Positions 50,934 through 62,769 of a stretch of DNA of 64,000 nt are shown piece by piece; positions within the stretch are counted from its first letter, which is position 1; each line of letters starts with the position of its first letter. The DNA is from Lepidodermella squamata (Eukaryota > Animalia > Gastrotricha). The translations under genes were made by a program, and so were the position numbers. The stretch is from positions 434,001 to 498,000 of the forward strand of contig JBLDXI010000015.1 of NCBI GenBank assembly GCA_047495785.1, written 5' to 3'. The notes under the pieces are model-generated. The model was given only the letters and a program-made list of their open reading frames with translations, searched no databases and was not told where the DNA came from.

Positions 50934-53900
50934 ATGGTTAGGTCACTTCTCGTCCTACTACTCGCATGCGTCGTTGCTGGACAGCAAAATGTAAGAGTCT
51001 CCCCGCTCTTTTTCCTAACATGTGGGTGGCAGAAGGGGCATTTCATTGAAAGCTATGCAAGGAAAGTCCCAACGACCACGATTCCGATAGTTTTCTCGGA
51101 AGCTAATTAATGCGTATTGTCTGCTTCCAGGCCGAAAGCCCAGATGCCGACACTCAGCGCTTCATTCTGTCTGAGCACAACCGACTGAGATGTGAGTTTT
51201 GTTGTTCCTAACCTGGACCTGAGTGACAAAACCTTGATTGATTTCCGAAATAGCAAGCCTTGATCCACCGCCAGTATCTCCCCTTCCAAACATTCAGTGG
51301 GATGGCGATCTCGAAGGTGTGGCGAAACGGTCAGTTCTTATATATTTTGAAAGGCGTGCAAATTCCCATGTTTCACAAAAAAGCTTCGTAGCTGGATTCT
51401 GCACTCAAAATGGCGCCGAGATCGACGGCGTCCGATCACAACTGTTCGGCGAAGTCAGCCGCAGCGTCTGCAATGACGCTTCTGCGGACTGGAGGTCGTG
51501 CCTGCAGAAATGGACCGACCAGAAGCGGACATTTATCTACGGAGCCAGCTTCCAGATGGGCGAGACAAGCGCTTACGTCAACATTGTTTCCGATATTGTC
51601 ACTTCTATCGGGTAAGTTGACCTCCGTAACTTGGATGACTGGCCTTTCCAACCTATCATTTGTAAAGATGCGCGAAAATGCGGTGTCAAAGCAGCGAGAC
51701 ATATGTCGTAAGTTCGAACAGAATCCATAATTCATGATATTTTACATTCATCAATTGCCTGCAGATTTGCGCTTACGGACCTTCGGCCTTGACTGAAAAT
51801 GAAGCGAACCGGGGCGAGCCTCGTGCATATCCATACAGAGCTCGGCAATCTGGCAACCAACCTGGCAATCAGCCAACTGGCGGGCAAGGAAATCCTTCAC
51901 AATCAAACGCGGTAAAAGTTTGATTATCTTTGAACTTGCGGGATCATTCAAGACAATATCGCTAAAATTACCCCAACGGCTAACGGCGTGTGATATTTCA
52001 AACCTCAGGCAGAGTGACCAATTACAGCATTTAGACTACCCAAATTAGGAACCCAAATGTGTGCACAGCTAAACTGCTCTTTCGGAAGTAAAAATGCAGC
52101 AGTACCGCTATCATAAACCTGGGTCTAAACCGCGTCGGATTAGGCCCTTGTTTTGCCAGATGTAGAAATAATTTGCCAAAAGCGAAGCTGGTAAATTTGG
52201 AAGATTCTCCAATGAAAACACGCTTAAACCTTAAAACCCCGTCTTAAAGTTGACTGTGGGCTAAAGTAAATTTAACAGTGGGCATTGCGTTTATCCAAAT
52301 TTTCTTCTCCGTTCTATCATCGATAAACATCGCACACTGTATGCGAGGAAGCTCGTCATTAGACACGATTTCCGTCCAGAAATCGCCTCGGATTTGTCGA
52401 AGATATGAGTCCCAAGAGTCATTCATAACTGCGAGTCAATTCCAATGATCACTTCCCTTTATTACATTGTCTTTCCAGGCCGAAAGCCCAGATGCCGACA
52501 CTCAGCGCTTCATTCTGTCTGAGCACAACCGACTGAGATGTGAGTTTTGTTGTTCCTAACCTGGACCTGAGTGACAAAACCTTGATTGATTTCCGAAATA
52601 GCAAGCCTTGATCCACCGCCAGTATCTCCCCTTCCAAACATTCAGTGGGATGGCGATCTCGAAGGTGTGGCGAAACGGTCAGTTCTTATATATTTTGAAA
52701 GGCGTGCAAATTCCCATGTTTCACAAAAAAGCTTCGTAGCTGGATTCTGCACTCAAAATGGCGCCGAGATCGACGGCGTCCGATCACAACTGTTCGGCGA
52801 AGTCAGCCGCAGCGTCTGCAATGACGCTTCTGCGGACTGGAGGTCGTGCCTGCAGAAATGGACCGACCAGAAGCGGACATTTATCTACGGAGCCAGCTTC
52901 CAGATGGGCGAGACAAGCGCTTACGTCAACATTGTTTCCGATATTGTCACCTCTATCGGGTAAGATGATATGCCTAATTACATAGCATGTACGATAGCAT
53001 TTCGCCATTCGTGACATTTAAGGTGCGCGAAAATGCGGTGTCAAAGCAGCGAGACTTACGTCGTATGTCTGAACTGATTTCCTATTTTTCAATCGCTAAT
53101 TTATTGAATCAACCACAGATTTGCGCCTACGGACCTTCGGCCTTGACTGAAAATGAGGCGAACAGAGGCGAGCCCCGAGCATACCCGTACAGAGCTCGGC
53201 AATCTGGCAACCAACCTGGCAATCAGCCAACTGGCGGACAAGGAAATCCTACGCAGTCAAACGCGGTAGAGAAACCGATTTCCTCCTCAGAATTGAAATG
53301 ATTTACATCGTTTTAGTACGAATCGCCCGACTCAGCAACACAGCAGTTCATCTTAAGTGAACACAACCGTTTGAGATGTAAGTGAGCTGAATAAGATTCG
53401 AGGAATTGTAACGATGACAATCTCCCTTGAACAGCTAGCGTCAACCCACCCGCCATCGTTCCTCTGGCTGATCTGCAATGGGATAACGACCTTGCAGGAG
53501 TTGCTCAGCGGTTGGTTAATCATCAGATGAATTCACTATCTTATATCAGCATTCTCTAACCTTATCAGTATGGCAGCGACCTGTTCGCAAGCCGATGCTG
53601 ATCTTGAGAGCATTCGATCCAGCAAATTCAACGACATTGGGCGAAGTGTTTGCGAGGGGAATAACGTGGAATGGCGTTCGTGCCTCAGGTCTTGGACCGA
53701 TCAGAAGCCAAACTTTGTCTATGGCTCGAGCTTCCCAATGGGCGATATCAGTGCTTACGTTAATATCATCGCTGCTGTTACTACTTCAATTGGGTAAGCC
53801 ACCATTTTGCTTCAATCACTTCGCCAGTGAACTTCAATCGAGAATGTTAACCTGGGCTCCGGGATCGAGCTAATTTTTCTCTGATTTTAGATGTGCCAAG

Positions 53901-54900
53901 TCTCGCTGCAGCAGTGGCACGAATTACATCGTTAGTTAACCCTTCAGCTATGATTTTGCTGGCTTTCACATGTTTTCTGCAGTTTTGCGCTTACGGTCCT
54001 TCCGGTAATGTTCCGACGGACGAGAACAACCAAGAGCCACGAGCTTACCCCTATAAGCGAGTTCCTCAAGCCCGCCCTGGACAGCAAAGGCCAGCACAAA
54101 CACAACAAGCCGCGGTAAGATACCTTGGCTACCTCGAATTTTTTATCAACCATATGCTTCGCTTAGTTTGACGCCGCTGATGCTGCCACGCAGCAAATGA
54201 TTGTCAGTGAACACAACAGATTGCGGTGTAAGTTATTGACTCTTTTTCCGGTGTTCAAGTTGTGTACCCTTCGCTTGCAGCAAGCGTAGATCCCCCTGCT
54301 GCCCGGCCACTCGGCAACGTCGCGTGGGATAGCGATCTTGCCAACGTCGCAGGGCAGTAAGTTTTCTAGCATTCTTCAATTCATCTATCAATCATTCAAC
54401 TCGTAAATTTACTGAAAGAATGGCTGCCAAGTGTTCTAAAGAAGACGCAGATCTTGACAGCATTAAATCGCAGAAGTTCCCTACCATCGGCCGTAACGTT
54501 TTCACTGGAAATGATTGGCGAACCTGCATGACGACATGGGCCAATCAGAAGCAGAATTTCGTTTATGGCTCAGATTTTCAACTGGGCGAGTGCTACGAAT
54601 ACATCAACGTTATTGCTGCTGCGACTACATCAGTGGGGTAATTACTCAAAGCTTCAAGCGATTAATGCTGATTTTTTATATTATTGTAAGATGTGCGAAA
54701 TCACGCTGCAACAGTGGATCTAACTACATCGTAAATTTAAATATTACGTAGTGAAAAATTCAACTTCACTCATCTTCTTTATTTTCAATCCTTAGATATG
54801 CGTCTACGGCCCTTCTGGTCGTGTTCCATCTGCTGAGAACAACAACGACCCGGATACTTTCCCGTATAGGAGCGTTGATGGTTTCATCGCACGGGGCTAG
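50934..54900 (+). CDS. CAP/SCP gene F: signal + four tandem CAP domains (modules 51131..51911, 52479..53265, 53317..54114, 54167..54900)
   Basis: One signal exon. Modules 1-3 each end GCG|GT (phase 0) with no stop, and the next begins AG| in phase 0. Each module has SEHNRLR, W-D-x-D-L, Y(V/I)N(I/V), C(A/V)YGPS. Only the last has a stop (TAG, 54900). Confidence 0.8.
51125..52964 (+). repeat. Near-perfect direct repeat, 51125..51616 = 52473..52964 (offset 1348), including two introns
   Basis: ORFs 51238..51615 and 52586..52963 translate identically; one nucleotide difference noticed. Confidence 0.92.
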
Positions 54901-56210
54901 ACAAGCCTGCTAAGTGCCAAGTTACATGACAAAGAAAAACACTCTTTTCTCACTATCCATTCCCTACCAATACGCTCCAAGTGTTAAGTGCTTGAAGAGT
55001 AAATTGGCCCTTCCCTTTCATGAATTACGCCCCCGCTTCGCTGAAATAAACTAAAGCCAGAAGAAAATCCCTCATCGAAAGCCTGGACTTTTTCATACTG
55101 GATATAATAAACTGGCTTCAAAGCACTCCCATTAAAAAAGTAAAATAAAGTATTTCGCAATGATCAGCATGTTTTGGAATTAATGTTATTATTTTTTTTT
55201 TAAGCCATTTTTTTTATTTTGCTTTGACGTCATGGTGCTTTGAAGCTTTTGTTTTTAAGCCTTTTACTATATTTTTCCTACTTCGTAGGGGATCCAAGAG
55301 CATAATGTAGTAACTACTGGTATTTCTTTGGCTCGTCCAATTTTATTCGACTGAAAATTCAGACATTTTTACTCTTAAATTTTCAAAATTTGTAAGCATT
55401 ACTGGGCGAGAAATTCTGCACTTATCGAAGATTTCTTCAAGATTTGATTACTTTATATTCCGAAAATTTAATTTGTAAACAATTATTCGTACCTTCCTAC
55501 CTGTTGATAGTGAAAATTCTGTCGGGAAGGCACAGGCTTGGAACTTCCTCTATAATCTATAACGAGTTAAATTACATTAAGTCTGTCTCCAGCACTCTAA
55601 AACTAAAAACTCTAAAAGTGTAAATGATGGTAGGTATGATCACACATGTCAGCACTTTCAATCTCGTAGCTAAGATTTTTTCATTTTAATTTTTATTGTT
55701 TTATTTACTTTATACGATTTTGATTACGGGAAGCAGAGACTTAAGAACAATTTATAGAAATGAAGGCAACAGCCCCTATGTGCGACAGCTTGCTATCTTT
55801 TTGGTACGTCTCATGCAGTCTACAACAATATCGCTAGCTTTTAAAACATGCTTTGCTTAGAAGAACAATTTATAATGCCCAATATTCAATATTTCGAATT
55901 TTTCACACTGATCATTCTGATAGAATCAATATTTTTGCCTTTCATCGTCAGCTCATACAATTTTTGCAGTAGAACTTTCTTTTGCGATTCGATTTCATTA
56001 CTGCGGCGATGCAAAGTTTTTTGATGCAAAGAATGTTCAGCAATGTAACTGGTGGACCTGAAAGCCAAATTAATTATGCGGGCTTCACAACAAAATGTGC
56101 TTCCTTATGAAACAAGATTGACATCTCGCTTCACGTTCAGAGATCGATAGTGTAGCAAAACTACGTGCAATACCTCCAATCCAATACCTCATTTTTGTGT
56201 TAACGGCGAA

Positions 56211-59200
56211 ATGAATTTTATTTTGATACAAATCTTAGCTTTCCTCCTATCACTGCAGGGAATAAAAAGCGAAGAATGGGTGACTTATCCTGAGTTTTTG
56301 AATAAGTTGCCCAGCCAGCTTGATGCTTCATTCGAATTTTCCACGCAACTCATGGGCGAATGTGCCGCAACGTGCGAACAATACGGTGATGTTTGCAGCA
56401 GTTTTGCATTCAGTGAAAAGCTACGGACTTGTAAGCTATTCGAACATCAGAATTCGCTAAAGCCTGTTCCGGATTTGGCAATCGATGTTGAAAATGGCAT
56501 GTTTTCCATGTACTATCGCGTAAAGATTCTCCCAGCTTCAAATCTTCACCAAATGATTGATATTTTGTAAAATAGAAAACATGGTGCCCATCCGGCTGGA
56601 TAGCAGATCCAACCTCGCAAAACTGTTATCTCATGAGCTCGCAAGCATCGTCACGGCTTCTCGCTTGGAAAATGTGTGACGAAGCGCACAGCTCGGAGCT
56701 CGTAACGTTCCAATCGGTGGAACAACGCGATGCTTTGTACGATCTCCTGTATGAAAACTATCCACAAGTCCCCAAATGGTGGACTGGTTATGCTAAATTT
56801 GACAACACGCTTTGGCCAAGGCCCGTGGAAGGTAAAAACTTGCGTAAAACTTTAGACTTGGGGCGAGGGACCGATATTTGCAAAATTAGGAGTGATTATT
56901 GATAATCGAACCGGAAGGATTCTAGCAAAGGTATTTGACAGTTTTTCTTGAAACGTTGCCTTAGACTGTTGGTTGCGGCACCACCTATTCCCATTGGCTT
57001 CATATTCCTTGTCTTTTAATTTTCCAGAATTACTCGGTTTCGTAAAGATGCGAGGTGACTGCCCAGGTTCAAACCTATTGCCAGTCCCCATAGCAGCGTC
57101 GCTGGAAGAATGTGCTGCGAAGTGTGACAAGTCGTTCAAGGACAGGTGCGTATCATTCACGTACAACGATCGTACTTTCGAATGCTCACTGAAGTTCAAA
57201 ACTTGCGACGTTCCGACCGGCACTCTAACTGCTGATCTTTGGACCTATGAGAAGACATTCGACCGCCGGCCGCCATCTGTGGAGATCGGCGCCCGTTTAC
57301 CTCCCTATATATATTCGCCTGTGGTTGGTATGAGTCGATATGCCTGTTATCAGCTATGCCGCAGCCGGCCGGATTGCGTGGGCTTTCTTCACGCCCCTAG
57401 CGACGGCAATCGATGCATATCTTACCGGGGTATAGGCACTAAAAACACAAGTATCCCCGAAGATCTGCTGCACTACATCACGGACATTGACAGCCCGCCC
57501 TGCGTTAAAGGCGTTCGATACCACGATGTTTGCCTCATACTGAACCGCGTGTCGTTGACGTGGGTCAACGCACATGCTCAATGCCGGCAGATGGGCGGTA
57601 TGCTTTATCGGCCGGTTGAGCACAGCCAGAAGTCGCTGGCAGCGTACGCCATGATCAGCAGAGGCGGCAGTACAAATACGATGCATGTTGACTTGACCGA
57701 TGCCGATGTTGAGGGCACTTTTCGAACTTATTACGACAAGGAAGACCTTGCCGATCCAGTTTACGAGAAAATGGCCTACCGCGCTGGGTAATGAAAATAA
57801 AATAATGTGTTTTTATTTGTTTCCCAAGCTCAGAATTTGGGATTCAGAATGTTCTGCATTTTCACAGTTTCGTTACTTTCTCGAATGTTTTCGTCAGAAT
57901 GTTTTCGAGGATTATTACTTTGGAATGTTGCATCATTCCAAATGAATTGATACTCAATAACCAGCTCGCATGGAACTTCAAAAATCGGAAACTGATAATA
58001 ACTGTAATCATGTAATTTCGTTAATCCAATGCCTTCAGCTGAAAACATTACTGATATTTCGGCTCTTTTTCGTTATTAGCAGATATACCAAATAATTTTA
58101 CCTCGCATGGTCTGGCTAATAACTTGAATAAATTCTCCAATAGATACACCAATATGGGAACCACTCAAAACTGCGCTCGGATGATCACCCCCGCCGCAGG
58201 CCAACTACCCGAAACCGCGTATCTCACGGATGGAATCTGCACCACAGGTCGATATTTCTATTGTGAGACGCGTAAGTCGTTAGCTTGCAATCTACCACTA
58301 ATCGTATTCGAAATGATTCTCACACTATTTCAGCTACATCTCAATCATGGCCTACGTTGTGCCGCTTCACCCAGGCAGGATCTGAGTACATGGGCAAGAT
58401 GTCGCAGACGATATCAGGAGCGCCATGTAGAAATTGGGCCTTGACCTCTTACGCATCGCAGTGGCGCGACTTCCCAGAACAGCACGTCGATCACTCGTAC
58501 TGCCGTAATCCCGACCCTTTTATCAGCCAAGATGGCGTGTGGTGCGTCCGAGATGACACTGGTGACATCGAAGCTTGTGATGTCCCAATGTGTGGTAGGT
58601 TACATTTTTCCAACAGGTTTACCCACTATCATTTCTGTCATAATCATATAGATGAGTCTGGTTGGAAAGATGACGAAGATGTGTCCAGCAACTCGTTCCA
58701 ATATGCCACTCTGAGCTACGACCCATTTCAGAACAACAGTTACAGCTGGACGGCTGAAACTCTAACTGGCTCAGCGAATGCCATATGCTCGATGCCCGCG
58801 AAATCATGTACGTGGAGAGTAGTGCCGGGTTTTCTCAAACGATTTTCGGACATTTGGGCTTTCAAACTTGTTTCCTTTGTTTTCTTATCAAGGGTGTGAA
58901 ACATACTACCGAGGCAGCTGTTACAAAATATATCGCTTGATGCGAAACTACACGGATGCTGCTGCGATTTGCGCCGCGAATTCCTGGCATCTAGTAACCA
59001 TAACTTCGCACGAGGAGCACCTATTTCTCAGCGGCTTGGTTTTCCTCTATGCCAGTGTGTTTAGAAAAAATCCCACTAAGAAATCTCAATAACTTTTAAT
59101 CGATGCTGTACAGGGAGAAATTCAAGCCCAAACAACGGCTATTACATGGGCCTATCGGGCACGATTCCGGATAATTACTCTTGGGATAGCCTCGAGCCAT

Positions 59201-59358
59201 TCAGCTTCACGCGCTGGAACTCTGGAAACCCGAGCTATAATGGCACTGGCTGTGTCGTTTTCGGTGCAATTCCAGGCGGGGACTTCTGGAGAGACATGGC
59301 ATGCTCATCTCTGGCGTGGTTCATCTGCGAAACCGATCTCACAGCGCATGATAATTGA
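56211..59358 (+). CDS. Secreted mosaic protein: PAN, truncated C-type lectin, PAN, PAN, C-type lectin, kringle, C-type lectin
   Basis: Signal peptide; ECAATC..CSSFAF..C (PAN); CPSGW..CY (CTL start); EECAAKC..CVSFTY; YMGKMSQTISGAPCRNW..YCRNPD..VWC..CDVPMC (kringle); WNSGNPS..CV..WRDMAC..FICE (CTL). Short GT-AG introns between modules. Confidence 0.85.
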
Positions 59359-60560
59359 ATCGTCTTGAACAATTCTTCTTTTATATGATCGTTCGTTGAT
59401 CCGAACTTCTCTGCAAATTATTGATTTCCTCTTTCCTCGGTATCTCAAGCAATCAATATTCGATACCACGACTTGGTGAACGGTGAACATCGTTAGTTTG
59501 TAATTAATTCATGTCAATGCATGAATTTGAATGGAAAAGAGAGCCGTTGCTGTAACTATTCTCTGATTTTCTGGAGGGTTCATTTTTCTTTTTTTCCCCT
59601 GCCGTTCTCAGGGCATTTTTCACAATAATGCCCAACCTATCCAAATTCTCCAAATCAGAAAATACTGATCTGTTATCAAGTATGGTAATTTTAATTAAGT
59701 ATTATATATTCGCAGCAACAATAAAAAGATCAAAACGCATGAAGTGAGCTAATCAACTCGACTGAAATCTGAAATCCGATGGTTCGTTGATTAGATCGAG
59801 CACCACGTAGCGAAGTGGGGATCAGTCAGCTTCGAGATTGAATGACCTCGTCATACTTCTAATCCCGCTTTGATGTGCGGACAATTTTTTAACCCTGAAG
59901 GCATGCTATTAGAAGCTGTGAATAAAGCTGTGATCACTGGAGCCCAGCACTCACATTACCTTAAATAGAAACAAATAGCGATAGGCTTTTGATAGCTTTT
60001 TTGCTAACGATCTCCCTATATTGATACTTATTGTCCTGCACTGGATACTGGCAGCATCGGTCTCCTTTATGATTCGTTCTATCAAGAAAAACGTGAATGG
60101 CCTCCCTTTAGCACTTTGCACACCTGAGTCATTTACAGAGTCTTGTCCTTAAAATAAACAATGTGATGTGAATTGCCAACTACTGCACTTGATGTCAAAA
60201 GAATTGGCGGGGCCCATAGCGATAAACTGAGGAGTTCTGGTTCTTTTCTGGGTTCAACGATTTATGAAAAGCTGCATTTTTTGAAGCTCATTAGAAAAGA
60301 AAACAAGTGCAACTTGCGCGTACAATTTCGACAATGTCGGCAAGCTGAATCGGTGATATTCATCCCGCAAGATAAATCCATCAATGGTTCAAAAAATTAG
60401 GGCAATTACACGTGCATTTCTGCAAAAAATTCCACTCACAGTTTTTAAAGCACGGAACCCGATAGAGAATTATCTTGAAAGTTTATATTATTGAGATTTT
60501 TGCTGCGCAATTTCTTACGATTTCAGACTTTTTATTTCCCGTTTCAGCTTTTCACGCCTG

Positions 60561-61908
60561 ATGATGATCTTACTATTAATCAGCCTACTGGCCTTCTCTG
60601 CGGTTTCAGCCCAAGATTCAGTAATTAATTGATTATTGGTTCGCTGAAATTTGCTTCATTTTGTTCAATACAGTCGTCAAAATTCGAATATTCGGATGCT
60701 ATGAGCCAGAAAACAAAACAACTCATACTTGACGAGCACAACAAACTGAGAAGTTATTCATGCGTCGAAAATTTGCTGAAAATTTTACTTATTGTTATTT
60801 CACAGAAAGCGTCGATCCACCGGCCTTTCCTCGCCTGGAAGATTTACAATGGGATACTGATCTAGAAATTACAGCAAAACGGTCTGCTTCGGCTGAATTG
60901 ATCACTCGAAACTCATAGATTTTCCACAATATTAGACTATCATCCAAATGTTCAGAGCGGGAAGAAGATCTGAAAGTCATTGTCGACTTGAATTCCGAGC
61001 AATTCGGCCGCAGTTCTTGCTCTGGTTTCAACTTAGCCTGGGCTGACTGCCTTATCAAATGGACAAATCAGAAGAAAGATTTTGTTTACGCTGCATCTCC
61101 ACACGGCGAGGTAAAGTCCTACATTCAAATCATTGCTGCTGTTACGAAAACCATCGGGTATTATTCCAATGATTTTATTACTCTATTTCTTATGCTACAC
61201 CTTTGTCCAGATGTAGCCGAGCTCGTTGCCAGGGTGGACAGTACTACATGGTTAGGGTGCCACCCTATTTTTCAAAAATCATGACGTTTTCCATTTTAGT
61301 TTTGCGTTTATGGACCATCTGGGACGTTTGCTTCCGGGGTGAATGATTACTGCCCTCTCTCGGTTCCTTATAGATCTCAGTCTGCAGCAGACAACACTTT
61401 GAATCAAGCCGTCATTGATGATCCCATAAGCGCAAGGCCGAGAAATGGCACCGTAGCGCCGTCAAGAAATCGCAACCCTGATCCCAGTCCAGCGAGAAAT
61501 CAGCTTGACAACATTTACGCCGATCCTTACGCAGAGCCTTATGCATACCGGCGTAAAATCGAGAGCATGCCCATTCAAAGACCTTTAGCCTTTGTATCTC
61601 GCCGCTTCGGCCGAGACGATAAGGGTCGAGAATGGGAAGATCCGACAGATCGAGGTGCTGGGAGTATCGGCGCTTGGGGCAAGCCTTGCGGAGATCCACC
61701 GCGAGTTCGGGGCGCCTACGTCATGAGAAGCAGTGCTCAGAAGATTGGGGCTGTTTACATCGAGGTTGCAAATTATTACTGCTTGAACGGAGCATTGCCC
61801 ATTCCGACAGATACTATAATCTGCCAAACTTCGACTGAACGAGGCAGCTGGAAGACCCCGCTACCTACATGCCCAGCTACAAATGATCGAAATGATTTAG
61901 CTCAGTGA
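60561..61908 (+). CDS. CAP/SCP gene G: signal, CAP, sushi-like
   Basis: MMILLLISLLAFSAVSAQ, ILDEHNKLR, LQWDTDL, YIQII, FCVYGPSG, EWEDPTDRGAG..KPCGDPPRVRGAY. Confidence 0.8.
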
Positions 61909-62769
61909 ACTATGCTACTTTATTCAGTCATTTCAAACGCACAACGATTTCCTTAACCATCTCTCGGCTTCGCTCAATTCCGCTCAACCGGAGAATTTCA
62001 AGTGAAATTTGAGATAAAACCTGATGAATCTATCGCCTTCCGCTGGAGCATAATAAATTATTAAAATATTAAAGCCAACCACAGGGTCGTTGAAGCTTTT
62101 TAAGTGCATGGTTTCAAAGATGGCAATTCTCCTGAAAGAATTTTCCTTGAGATTAATACCAATCGAGATATCCCTCTCTTAACCTTTTGCGTTATTCTAT
62201 GCTGTGAATTTTTCATTTACTGGTAATGTTTACCTTTTCCCATATACATGAAAGAAAAGAGGCGAATATTTCATTATTTATAAATTCATGTTTGAAAATG
62301 CAACTCCGTAAAATCAATTTTACACCGTACGAACTGAGATTTAAACGATGCCAGCGTCACCATAGCAGGAAGATTAAAAAAGCGCGCGGGCAGGCTGGGG
62401 AAACTTTATTGACATATCTTGTTATCATGGAATCGATACCGCAAAGACATGGCTGGCGTTTTTCATCTACTATCAGGCATCGGGTATACGAATTACAAAA
62501 GATGAAAAATCTGTAGGTTCAACATGCTGCCTAACAGTATGCTAAACGGCGTGAATTAGTTACATAACTTCACGATTTTCCATCTCCAATTTGCTCGTTT
62601 ACACGATCATCCACCCTCCATCCTTCATAGCGGTTACAAGCTTGAAGATCCGATTCGTTCAAATCTTCTGTGGTACGTGACCTGTTTTTCTTTCCCCAAA
62701 CCCGGACACATTCTTTTGAGAAATATTGCTGGGTAACTTTCCACGTTTTAGAGTTCTATCACTCATGCG

